Of a stretch of DNA of 32,000 nt, positions 17,604 through 25,189 are shown piece after piece. A program made the translations under genes and the position numbers. Position 1 is the stretch's first letter. Every line of letters starts with the position of its first letter. Below the pieces are notes generated by a model, which saw only the letters and a program-made list of their open reading frames with translations, was not told the origin of the DNA and did no database searches. This stretch comes from Candidatus Babelota bacterium (GTDB taxonomy: Bacteria; Babelota; Babeliae; Babelales; Vermiphilaceae), in contig JBDHVY010000001.1 of NCBI GenBank assembly GCA_039809905.1, positions 240,001 to 272,000 of the forward strand, read 5' to 3'.

Positions 17604-17906
17604 TTATTCAGCTTTCTCTGCTTGCACAGCTTCATTTGTTGCCGAAGGAGCAACTTTTGCTGATGACCCAGATTTTTTATAAAGACGATAGATTTTTTTT
17701 GCTGAATCTGTTGCGATTGCACCTTTAGCCAACCATGCTTGATAAATATCTTCATGAAATTGTACCACTGAACCATTTATAGGATCAAAAGTACCAACAT
17801 TTGCAAGCGCTTCACCATCTCTTTTACTGCGACTATCAGCTGCAATAATACGGTAAAATGGTCTATTTGTTGTTCCGATGCGGGACAAACGAATTTTAAC
17901 TGCCAT
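17604..17906 (-). CDS. rpsP: 30S ribosomal protein S16
   Basis: MAVKIRLSRIGTTNRPFYRIIAADSRSKRDGEALANVGTFDP is canonical S16. Confidence 0.92.
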   Translation of the reverse strand: MAVKIRLSRIGTTNRPFYRIIAADSRSKRDGEALANVGTFDPINGSVVQFHEDIYQAWLAKGAIATDSAKKIYRLYKKSGSSAKVAPSATNEAVQAEKAE

Positions 17907-17941
17907 AAAGCGAAATCCTTCTAAACTGACATAAATGTATA

Positions 17942-19270
17942 TTAAAACTTATTTAATAGCTTAACATATTGTTTGGCTTCTTCAAAGCGTTTCAATAGTA
18001 TAGCCACATCTTCTACCTTAACTCCTGCCCCCTGAGCAATCCGACGCATGCTCGAATCATTAAGATTTTTGCCACTCAGACGTTCTTTTGGCGTCATTGA
18101 AGAAATAATTGCCCGGAAACGTATCAATTCAACTTCTCCTTTTTGAATCATTTCAGGAGATATCTTGGGACCAATGGCAGGCATATATTTTAATAACTGT
18201 GATAAAGACCCTAATTTATTCATCATAGCCATTTGATCAGCAAAATCTTGTAACGAGAAGTTTCCTGATGCAAAAGCTTTTTCAGCCTTATCTTGCTCAT
18301 GAGCCGCAATTTTTTCTTCTGCATGCTCAATTAAGCTGCGGATATCACCCATACCAAGAATACGCTCTGCAGCACGATCAGGATAAAAAAGATTCAGATC
18401 CGTAACTTTTTCACCTTCACCTATAAATACAATAGGTTTTTTGATTACAAAACGAAATGCAAACGCTGCTCCACCTCGAGTATCACTATCCATTTTCGTC
18501 AAAATTGCACCATGAAAACCTATGGTATCTTCAAACGCTTTGGCGATCACGAGTGATTCTTGGCCAGTCATGGCATCGAGCACCAAAAACTTATATGTTG
18601 GCCTTATTACCGCATCAACTTCCTGCAGTTCCTGCAACATTGTATTATCAATATGCAAACGGCCTGCGGTATCTAACAATAGAACATCATAACTATTATC
18701 TGTCGCAAAAGAGGCTATTTCCTTTGCAGCCAAAGCAGGATCCGTGTTTTTTGCACGATAAAAAGTAATTCCAACTTGTTTTGCCAAAATTTCTAACTGA
18801 TCAATTGCTGCAGGTCGGTAAAAATCTATTGATCCTACAACTATTTTTTTCACCTGATTGTTTTTTTCAGCATCTTTTTTGATTTTGCATGCTAATTTAC
18901 CAATCGTTGTTGTTTTTCCTGAACCTTGCAAGCCTACAACCATTATAGTCGCGGGAAAGTCAAATGAAAAAGATGTGTTATATCCACCTAAAAAATCGAC
19001 TATCTTATCCTGAACGATTTTCATCAATTGTTCAGCCGGTTTAAGCTGAGCTGTTATTTTTTGTCCGACTACTTCTTTCTTTACTGATTCAATAAATTGT
19101 TCTACCACAACATACGGCACATCTGCTTCAAGTAAGCCTGCATGCACAGCTTCCAATGTTTCTTGGATATTATCATGGGTAAGCGTTTGAGAATCACTTA
19201 ACTGGGAAAAAAGAGATGAAAATTTTTGTGAAAGAAAATCAAACATGCCAAAATCCTTTGGGTAAGACAT
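17942..19270 (-). CDS. ffh: Signal recognition particle protein Ffh
   Basis: NG domain GLQGSGKTTTIGKLA, DTAGRL, TKMDSDTRGGAA. Methionine-rich M domain. The true start is probably the internal Met at 19246 (MFDFLSQKFSSLF). Confidence 0.92.
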   Translation of the reverse strand: MSYPKDFGMFDFLSQKFSSLFSQLSDSQTLTHDNIQETLEAVHAGLLEADVPYVVVEQFIESVKKEVVGQKITAQLKPAEQLMKIVQDKIVDFLGGYNTSFSFDFPATIMVVGLQGSGKTTTIGKLACKIKKDAEKNNQVKKIVVGSIDFYRPAAIDQLEILAKQVGITFYRAKNTDPALAAKEIASFATDNSYDVLLLDTAGRLHIDNTMLQELQEVDAVIRPTYKFLVLDAMTGQESLVIAKAFEDTIGFHGAILTKMDSDTRGGAAFAFRFVIKKPIVFIGEGEKVTDLNLFYPDRAAERILGMGDIRSLIEHAEEKIAAHEQDKAEKAFASGNFSLQDFADQMAMMNKLGSLSQLLKYMPAIGPKISPEMIQKGEVELIRFRAIISSMTPKERLSGKNLNDSSMRRIAQGAGVKVEDVAILLKRFEEAKQYVKLLNKF

Positions 19271-19380
19271 ATAAAATATGCTTTGATTACTGAATTATCT
19301 TAGCATAAATACATAATTTTCTAAAGTCTGCTATACTATAACAACAAAGTGAGAGAAAAGCCCCTTAGGAAAATAAAACT

Positions 19381-20484
19381 ATGAAAAAACAAGCTACATC
19401 TACCGTAACTCACCCAAAAACGCTTCTCTTGGGAGTACAGACTCCCGAACATTACCACATTAATATGGAATCTTATTTTGAAGAATTTCGCAATTTAGCA
19501 CGCACAAATGGTGTGTATGAACCTGATGAAATGATCATCAAAATTCGTGAAATTGATGCCGGTTATTTTTTAACTAAAGGCAAGCGAGATGAAGTAAAAA
19601 AATACTGTGATGAAAATAGCATTGAAGAAGTTATTATTTCTGAACCGCTTTCTTCACGACAGTCAGGTAATCTTTCAGAATTATTGGATTGCGCTCTTTT
19701 TGATAGAACTGAACTTATTTTGGAAATTTTTGAAAAATCAGCCCATACCGCTGAAGGTAAAATGCAAGTTGCTATCGCTCGATTACAACATAAAAAATCA
19801 CGTCTTGCAGGCAAGGGTATTCACTTTGGACAACAATCTGGTACCATCGGTGTGCGAGGTGGTTTTGGTGAAACCGCAAAAGAAAAAGAGACGCGACACA
19901 TTGAAGATAGTATCTTACAACTTAAACGGCATCTTGAAAAAATGCACAAAGCCCGTGAAACACAACGCAAGCAACGTTTAAGTAGCAATGAACCAAACAT
20001 TTGCCTTATTGGGTATACTAATGCGGGAAAATCTACCATTCTTAATATCTTAACAAACAGCAATGTTTTAGCTGAAGACAAGCTTTTTGCCACACTTGAT
20101 ACAACAACTCGATCTTTATTTATCGATGGCAAAAAAAAGGGTACCATATCTGATACCGTTGGATTTATTCAACAATTACCTACACGACTAATCGATGCTT
20201 TTAAATCAACTTTATCGGAATTACATTATGCCGATTTATTGCTTCATGTTATTGATGTTTCCGATCCAGGCTGGCAAAATCACATTCGCGTAGTACACGA
20301 TATTTTAGAAGATCTATCAGTTGAAACTCCTATGCTCTATGTCTTTAACAAAGCAGATAAGATTGATACAACTCTTTTAGCTGGTGCTTTAGAAAAATAT
20401 CAACCATATGTTGTCGTTTCATCACTAACTAAAAAAGGTATAGACCCTCTTATTAAATATCTTAAAAATTGGACACCGGATTAG
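19381..20484 (+). CDS. hflX: GTPase HflX
   Basis: HflX N-domain (FDRTELILEIFEKSAHTAEGKMQVAIARLQH). G motifs GYTNAGKSTILN, DTVGFI, NKAD. Confidence 0.88.
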   Translation: MKKQATSTVTHPKTLLLGVQTPEHYHINMESYFEEFRNLARTNGVYEPDEMIIKIREIDAGYFLTKGKRDEVKKYCDENSIEEVIISEPLSSRQSGNLSELLDCALFDRTELILEIFEKSAHTAEGKMQVAIARLQHKKSRLAGKGIHFGQQSGTIGVRGGFGETAKEKETRHIEDSILQLKRHLEKMHKARETQRKQRLSSNEPNICLIGYTNAGKSTILNILTNSNVLAEDKLFATLDTTTRSLFIDGKKKGTISDTVGFIQQLPTRLIDAFKSTLSELHYADLLLHVIDVSDPGWQNHIRVVHDILEDLSVETPMLYVFNKADKIDTTLLAGALEKYQPYVVVSSLTKKGIDPLIKYLKNWTPD

Positions 20485-20578
20485 AAGAACTCACATCCTA
20501 CCAAAGATCTCTCGTTGATAAAAACTCCTTTCTTGTGTATAACAAAAAGCAAAAAGTTTACACAAAAAAGGATTTTTT

Positions 20579-22294
20579 ATGAAGTTATCTCGGCCAATTA
20601 TTTTTGGACTTGCAGCATCGTCATGTCTTGCACAAAAGCCCATAACCTTTCAAGCAATAGAGCAATACAAGAACAAACCACAACCTCATTCGTATATTGA
20701 TTATCAATGCTTTGAATCACTGAGTAAACACGCAAATGGACTTTTTACCACGGAACAATATGAGGAAGCAATTGCATTTTATAAACAAGCTCTTGCATTA
20801 AATCCAACGAGCGCGCATGTTTTTTTTAACTTAGGACAAGCGTTATATTACGCAAAAAAATATCCTGAAGCTCTCTACGCTTATAAAAAAGCTATTCAAT
20901 ATAAGCCTGATCACTACCGTGCGTTTATGCAAATCGGAAAACTCATGATTGATGTCAACCAATCAAATGATGCCATTGCCCCTCTTAAACAATCATTACA
21001 AATTGAACCTAAAAATGCAGATGCCCGTATTTTACTTTCGCGTGTTTATAATGATAAACATCTCTTTAACCAAGCAATTGAACTTGTTTTAGAAGGTTTA
21101 CAATTAGAACCAAATCATATTAACTTACGTTTTGATCTTGCAAATACATACAATTTAATTAATCGTCTTGATGAATCTTTGGCAATCTACCAGGAGCTGA
21201 ATCGACTCATCCCACATAATGCATCAATTTTATATAATATTGCCTTTACGTTAAAAAAACTTGGCCGCTTAGCAGAATCAATTCCTTATTACAATCGCAC
21301 ACTTGAAATTAATCCTCATCATGCTGAAGCAATCTTCAGCCGCGGTCTTGCTTACTTAGTAATTGGAGATTTTGAAAAAGGTTGGCAAGGTTATGAATGG
21401 CGCTATAGTCGCCCTTCTCAAGGATCATTGCGCAATTATGATCAACCTCGCTGGGATGGTTCTGATTTAGAAGGCAAAACAATACTCATTCATGCAGAAC
21501 AAGGACTGGGAGATACGTTCCAATTTATTCGTTATGCACAACTTGTTAAAGAAAAAAATGGCATTGTTATCGCGGCAGTACAAAAACCATTGGTCACTAT
21601 TATGAAAAATTGCAAAGGCATTGATCAAGTTATTTCACTTGAAGAAACACCACCACATTTTGATGTACATTCACCAATTATGTCTCTACCATTTGTGCTC
21701 AAAACAGTTATTGATACTGTTCCCAACGAAATACCATATTTGTACGCAAATGAAAAACTTACTGCTGAATGGAAACAAAAATTAGCTACAGATAAAAATT
21801 TTAAAATTGGTATTTGTTGGCAGGGAAATGATAATTATGCAACACCATTATTGCGTGCAACCGTTGCTCAAAAATCAGTTCATCCAAAACAATTTGAACC
21901 AATTTGCAATATTCCCGGTGTCAGCATTTATAGTTTACAAAAAACAACAGGTACCGATCAGCTGAAAGAACTTCCTGATGGTATGCACATTATTACCTTT
22001 GATGGCGATTTTGATCAAAGCAATGGTCGCTTTATGGATACCGCTGCAGTTATCAAAAATCTCGATCTGGTGATTACGGTTGATACATCCATTAGTCACC
22101 TTTCAAGCGGACTTGGTACGCCAACATGGGTTATGCTTCCAAATCCTTCCGATTGGCGCTGGATGCAGGATCGAACAGATTCTCCATGGTATCCAAACGT
22201 ATTACGTTTATTTAAACAACCGACACCAGGAGATTGGGAAACAATGATTCAAGAAGTGGCGAAGGAATTAGAAAAGCATATTGCAAAGAAGTAG
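20579..22294 (+). CDS. Signal-peptide-bearing TPR-repeat protein with C-terminal GT9-like (heptosyltransferase-fold) glycosyltransferase domain, paralogue 1
   Basis: Leader MKLSRPIIFGLAASSCLAQ. About 7 TPR units (AIAFYKQALALNPTSAHVFFNLGQALYY...). C-terminal GLGDTFQFIRYAQL, FKIGICWQG, FMDTAAVIKNLDLVITVDTSISHLSSGLGTPTWVMLP..DWRWM..R.DSPWYP..RLFKQ. Confidence 0.8.
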   Translation: MKLSRPIIFGLAASSCLAQKPITFQAIEQYKNKPQPHSYIDYQCFESLSKHANGLFTTEQYEEAIAFYKQALALNPTSAHVFFNLGQALYYAKKYPEALYAYKKAIQYKPDHYRAFMQIGKLMIDVNQSNDAIAPLKQSLQIEPKNADARILLSRVYNDKHLFNQAIELVLEGLQLEPNHINLRFDLANTYNLINRLDESLAIYQELNRLIPHNASILYNIAFTLKKLGRLAESIPYYNRTLEINPHHAEAIFSRGLAYLVIGDFEKGWQGYEWRYSRPSQGSLRNYDQPRWDGSDLEGKTILIHAEQGLGDTFQFIRYAQLVKEKNGIVIAAVQKPLVTIMKNCKGIDQVISLEETPPHFDVHSPIMSLPFVLKTVIDTVPNEIPYLYANEKLTAEWKQKLATDKNFKIGICWQGNDNYATPLLRATVAQKSVHPKQFEPICNIPGVSIYSLQKTTGTDQLKELPDGMHIITFDGDFDQSNGRFMDTAAVIKNLDLVITVDTSISHLSSGLGTPTWVMLPNPSDWRWMQDRTDSPWYPNVLRLFKQPTPGDWETMIQEVAKELEKHIAKK

Positions 22295-22303
22295 AATAAC
22301 ACT

Positions 22304-22417
22304 CCGTTCGTTTCCTTCGACGAGCTCCGACTTCGCTAAAGCTTCTTCGGACACGTCAGGACGAACGTAGGAAAAGTGCAATCTCGTTCACATAGGAAAA
22401 GTACAATCTCGTTCGTG
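22304..22417. repeat. Composite repeat: ~64-bp GC-rich imperfect palindrome plus a 2 x 25-bp tandem duplication
   Basis: CGTTCGT (22305-22311) pairs with ACGAACG (22361-22367), with inner GACG/CGTC pairing. The core TTCGCTAAAGCTTCTTCGGACACGTCAGGA resembles 27251-27280. TAGGAAAAGTGCAATCTCGTTCACA (22368-22392) and TAGGAAAAGTACAATCTCGTTCGTG (22393-22417) are 22/25 identical. Confidence 0.7.
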
Positions 22418-22458
22418 GGTAGCGTGTCAAACCATACGGACATAATTTAAAAGCCATT

Positions 22459-23766
22459 ATGAAAAAACTAATAATCATCTTACTATTACAAATTCTTACA
22501 GCATATCCCATTCCTTCACTACAGCAAGCATTAGAATATCAAAAAAGTGAACAATTTGCTGAAGCAATCGCATGTTATGAAGAAATAATTACTCACGATA
22601 TTGCCAACATAAATGCATATTTTAACCTTGGCTATTGCTACCTTGCAATTGGAAACAAGGAAAAATCAATTGCTTCATTTTTACATGTTCTGGAACTCAA
22701 TCCAGATGCTATTCCTGCCCAATATAACCTCGGATATGTATATAAAACATTCGGAGATATAGATACAGCAATTGAAATATACAAAGAAGTTATACAACTA
22801 TCTGATTATGATCCTGCTCACCTTGCTCTTGGTTTTGCGTATATCACGCAAGGTGATTTTGAGAATGGTTGGAAGCAACATGCACGATATCTTTCCCAAC
22901 ATGGAAAAAATGCTGATGCATTACGTGGATTGTTAGAAACAGATACAATACTTTACAGGAAAATACTATTACGCCCAGAAGGTGGACTAGGAGACACAAT
23001 CAATTTCATTCGCTATGCTCAGAAACTCAAAGATATGGGTGCTGATGTCATTGTTGCATGTCAAAAACCTCTCATTCCTCTTTTTTCACGCTGTGAATAT
23101 ATTGATCAACTGATCCCAATAAATCATCCAATGCCTGATTATGATGCTGATGCAACACTCATGAGTTTACCAGCTATTTTTGGTGATGATGAAACAACTG
23201 TTCCACAAGAAATTCCTTATCTTTTCGCCGATCCAATTCTCGTTAATTATTGGCAACAACAACTGGCGCATGATACTAACTTTAAAATTGGTATCTGTTG
23301 GCAAGTAGATGTTCATAATGATCAATCAAAATTACCTATTGCACGTCGAGGATATCCTCTTGACTGCTTTGTACAATTAGCAGATCTTGAAAACGTTAGT
23401 TTTTATAGTTTGCAAAAATATGATGGGATTGAACAACTTGCAACAATTCCATTAGAATTCAAATTACATGTTTTTGAGAATCTTGATGAACAGGTAGGTC
23501 CATTCATGGATACTGCTGCTCTGATGAAAAATCTTGATCTGGTAATTACCGTAGACACTGCGATCGCACATCTTGCAGGAGCTCTTGGTTGCCAAGTATG
23601 GCTTTTGCACCCCTATGCAACGGCTGATTGGCGTTGGATTCATGGAAAAAATGATTCTTATTGGTACCCAACAATGCGCATTTTCAAACGACACACACCA
23701 TTTGGTTATGAAGCGGTAATACAAGAATTAAGAACAGAACTAGAGAAATTATTACACAAGAAATAA
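22459..23766 (+). CDS. Signal-peptide-bearing TPR-repeat protein with C-terminal GT9-like glycosyltransferase domain, paralogue 2
   Basis: Leader MKKLIIILLLQILTAYPIPS. Fewer TPR units than paralogue 1. Same C-terminal motifs: GLGDTINFIRYAQKL, FKIGICWQ, FMDTAALMKNLDLVITVDTAIAHLAGALGCQVWLL.P...DWRWI....DSYWYPTMRIFKR. Confidence 0.8.
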   Translation: MKKLIIILLLQILTAYPIPSLQQALEYQKSEQFAEAIACYEEIITHDIANINAYFNLGYCYLAIGNKEKSIASFLHVLELNPDAIPAQYNLGYVYKTFGDIDTAIEIYKEVIQLSDYDPAHLALGFAYITQGDFENGWKQHARYLSQHGKNADALRGLLETDTILYRKILLRPEGGLGDTINFIRYAQKLKDMGADVIVACQKPLIPLFSRCEYIDQLIPINHPMPDYDADATLMSLPAIFGDDETTVPQEIPYLFADPILVNYWQQQLAHDTNFKIGICWQVDVHNDQSKLPIARRGYPLDCFVQLADLENVSFYSLQKYDGIEQLATIPLEFKLHVFENLDEQVGPFMDTAALMKNLDLVITVDTAIAHLAGALGCQVWLLHPYATADWRWIHGKNDSYWYPTMRIFKRHTPFGYEAVIQELRTELEKLLHKK

Positions 23767-23774
23767 TAAAAAAA

Positions 23775-23806
23775 AGAGAGAGGTATATAAATACCTCTCT
23801 CTTTTT
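23775..23806. terminator. Bidirectional intrinsic terminator between convergent genes
   Basis: Perfect 12-bp stem AGAGAGAGGTAT / ATACCTCTCTCT with loop ATAA. An A-run precedes it and a T-run follows. Confidence 0.75.
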
Positions 23807-23822
23807 AAAAAAACTTAGAAAT

Positions 23823-24455
23823 TTAGTTGTCTTTATACGATGAGCTTGTTGATGCAGATGAATTCATCCATGAGCTAGCATAGTTTTTTGCAGCTACAAG
23901 AGCAAGAAATGTCAAAAAACCTGCTTGATCGCATGCAACTTCTTTAGCTATCGGCGCCAAATATTGAGCAGTGCTTTTTACCACAGGATTAACGTTAGAT
24001 CTCACCTTATATCCCATAACTTGTTCTGGCAAAACATCTACTTTGTTTGCAACGCCATTAAAGCCACCAACTTTATCACTTACCGTATTTATTGCTACTC
24101 GCCCAGCATAATTACCAAGACCAAAAGCTACAGTCACTCCAAGATGGCTTCTATCCAAATTACGACCTTGTGCATAATATTCCGGAGCCATTTTCATAGC
24201 CGTTGCTACTGCTGATTGTACCTCAGGAGATTTGACACCAGTATTTACCGCTGCTACTACAACAGAAGTTCCTAAAGAAAAATTCTGTGAAGATCCTTCA
24301 TAAACAACCTTACCATTTTCCTTGAATTTCTTTAAATAGTCAGTTTTAGGTTCTACTTTCTTAGGTTTTTTTTCCCCCTCAGAAGCATAGACACCACCAA
24401 CAAATACAACCGCTGTCATGACTAACGCCTGAGACATAATACGAAACGTATTCAT
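23823..24455 (-). CDS. Hypothetical secreted protein
   Basis: 210 aa. Leader MSQALVMTAVVFVGGVYASEG. Ser-rich C-terminus. No family recognised. Confidence 0.55.
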   Translation of the reverse strand: MNTFRIMSQALVMTAVVFVGGVYASEGEKKPKKVEPKTDYLKKFKENGKVVYEGSSQNFSLGTSVVVAAVNTGVKSPEVQSAVATAMKMAPEYYAQGRNLDRSHLGVTVAFGLGNYAGRVAINTVSDKVGGFNGVANKVDVLPEQVMGYKVRSNVNPVVKSTAQYLAPIAKEVACDQAGFLTFLALVAAKNYASSWMNSSASTSSSYKDN

Positions 24456-24605
24456 AAAAACCCTTCATAAAAAAATTGTAATAAATAATTTATTCTTTAA
24501 TACGATTATACAGACTTTTTTTCGTTTTGCTACTTTACTTTACTCCTATTTTTTTATATGAATATGCATAAAAAAGAGAATATTACTTCACCATAAAGGA
24601 GAGCC

Positions 24606-25067
24606 ATGAAATCAATACATACTATCTTTACTACTATTACTGCAAGCCTTTTAATAAGTACACTTCAAACAAGTTGCCAAACTATTAGTGCGGAAATATC
24701 ATATGGAGAACTCATTGATAAGATCACGATTTTGACTATTAAATCTCAACGTATTATCAGTGAAGAAAAACTAAAGAACGTTCGCACCGAGCTACAATCT
24801 CTACAAGAAACATGTAATGCTTTTATTGGCAATCGCGAAGATATTGCCCATTTACAAGCATTGCTACAAGAAGTTAACGAAAATTTGTGGGATATTGAAG
24901 ATGCAATCCGCATTAAAGAACGCAATAAAGAATTTGATGATGAATTTATTGAGATTGCCCGCAGCGTATATATTACCAATGATCAACGATGCTCCATAAA
25001 AAAACAAATTGATCTTCTTCTTGGCTCGCGCATTACTGAAGAAAAATCATATGAAGAGCTCGTATAA
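24606..25067 (+). CDS. Hypothetical small helical protein with N-terminal leader
   Basis: RBS AAAGGAGAGCC-ATG. Leader MKSIHTIFTTITASLLISTLQTSC. Helical body ISYGELIDKITILTIKSQRI...VNENLWDIEDAIRIKE...ARSVYITNDQRCSIKKQID. Confidence 0.6.
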   Translation: MKSIHTIFTTITASLLISTLQTSCQTISAEISYGELIDKITILTIKSQRIISEEKLKNVRTELQSLQETCNAFIGNREDIAHLQALLQEVNENLWDIEDAIRIKERNKEFDDEFIEIARSVYITNDQRCSIKKQIDLLLGSRITEEKSYEELV

Positions 25068-25106
25068 ACCTTGAACTAATTATCGCGCATTATAAACTAG
25101 TATAAT

Positions 25107-25158
25107 CCCCATCCTCTATTACATGCCGAATGGGGACCCCATATTAAGAGGCTTTTTT
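25107..25158 (+). terminator. Candidate intrinsic terminator with alternative pairings
   Basis: CCTCT (25113-25117) pairs with AGAGG (25147-25151), followed by CTTTTTT. CCCCAT (25107-25112) or CCCCAT (25137-25142) can each pair with ATGGGG (25130-25135). Confidence 0.45.
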
Positions 25159-25189
25159 GATTATATAATAAAAGCAAAACAGGATAATA

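Noticed and set aside
8506-20700. Track ORFs 8506-8712, 8766-9029, 8795-9043, 9801-10001, 10118-10342, 11989-12183, 14416-14649, 14734-14967, 15329-15529, 15366-15593, 16522-17245 (four ORFs), 17357-17728, 17594-17776, 18457-18768, 19563-20147 (three ORFs) and 20515-20700
   Set aside because: These are off-frame or antisense overlaps with better-supported genes (small secreted cassette, ankyrin, WD40-like, rplS, trmD, KH, rpsP, ffh, hflX, TPR-GT). None has motifs or a convincing RBS.
22368-22417. Possible CRISPR-like array (two 25-bp direct repeats)
   Set aside because: There are only two directly abutting copies with no spacers and no cas genes in the window. This is better explained as a tandem duplication attached to the palindromic element.
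25130-25142. Perfect palindrome ATGGGG-A-CCCCAT as a candidate regulator-binding site upstream of uvrD
   Set aside because: It is part of the alternative stem set of the putative terminator after the 24606-25067 gene. It has no second half-site or recognisable operator consensus (for example, no LexA-box-like pattern seen).
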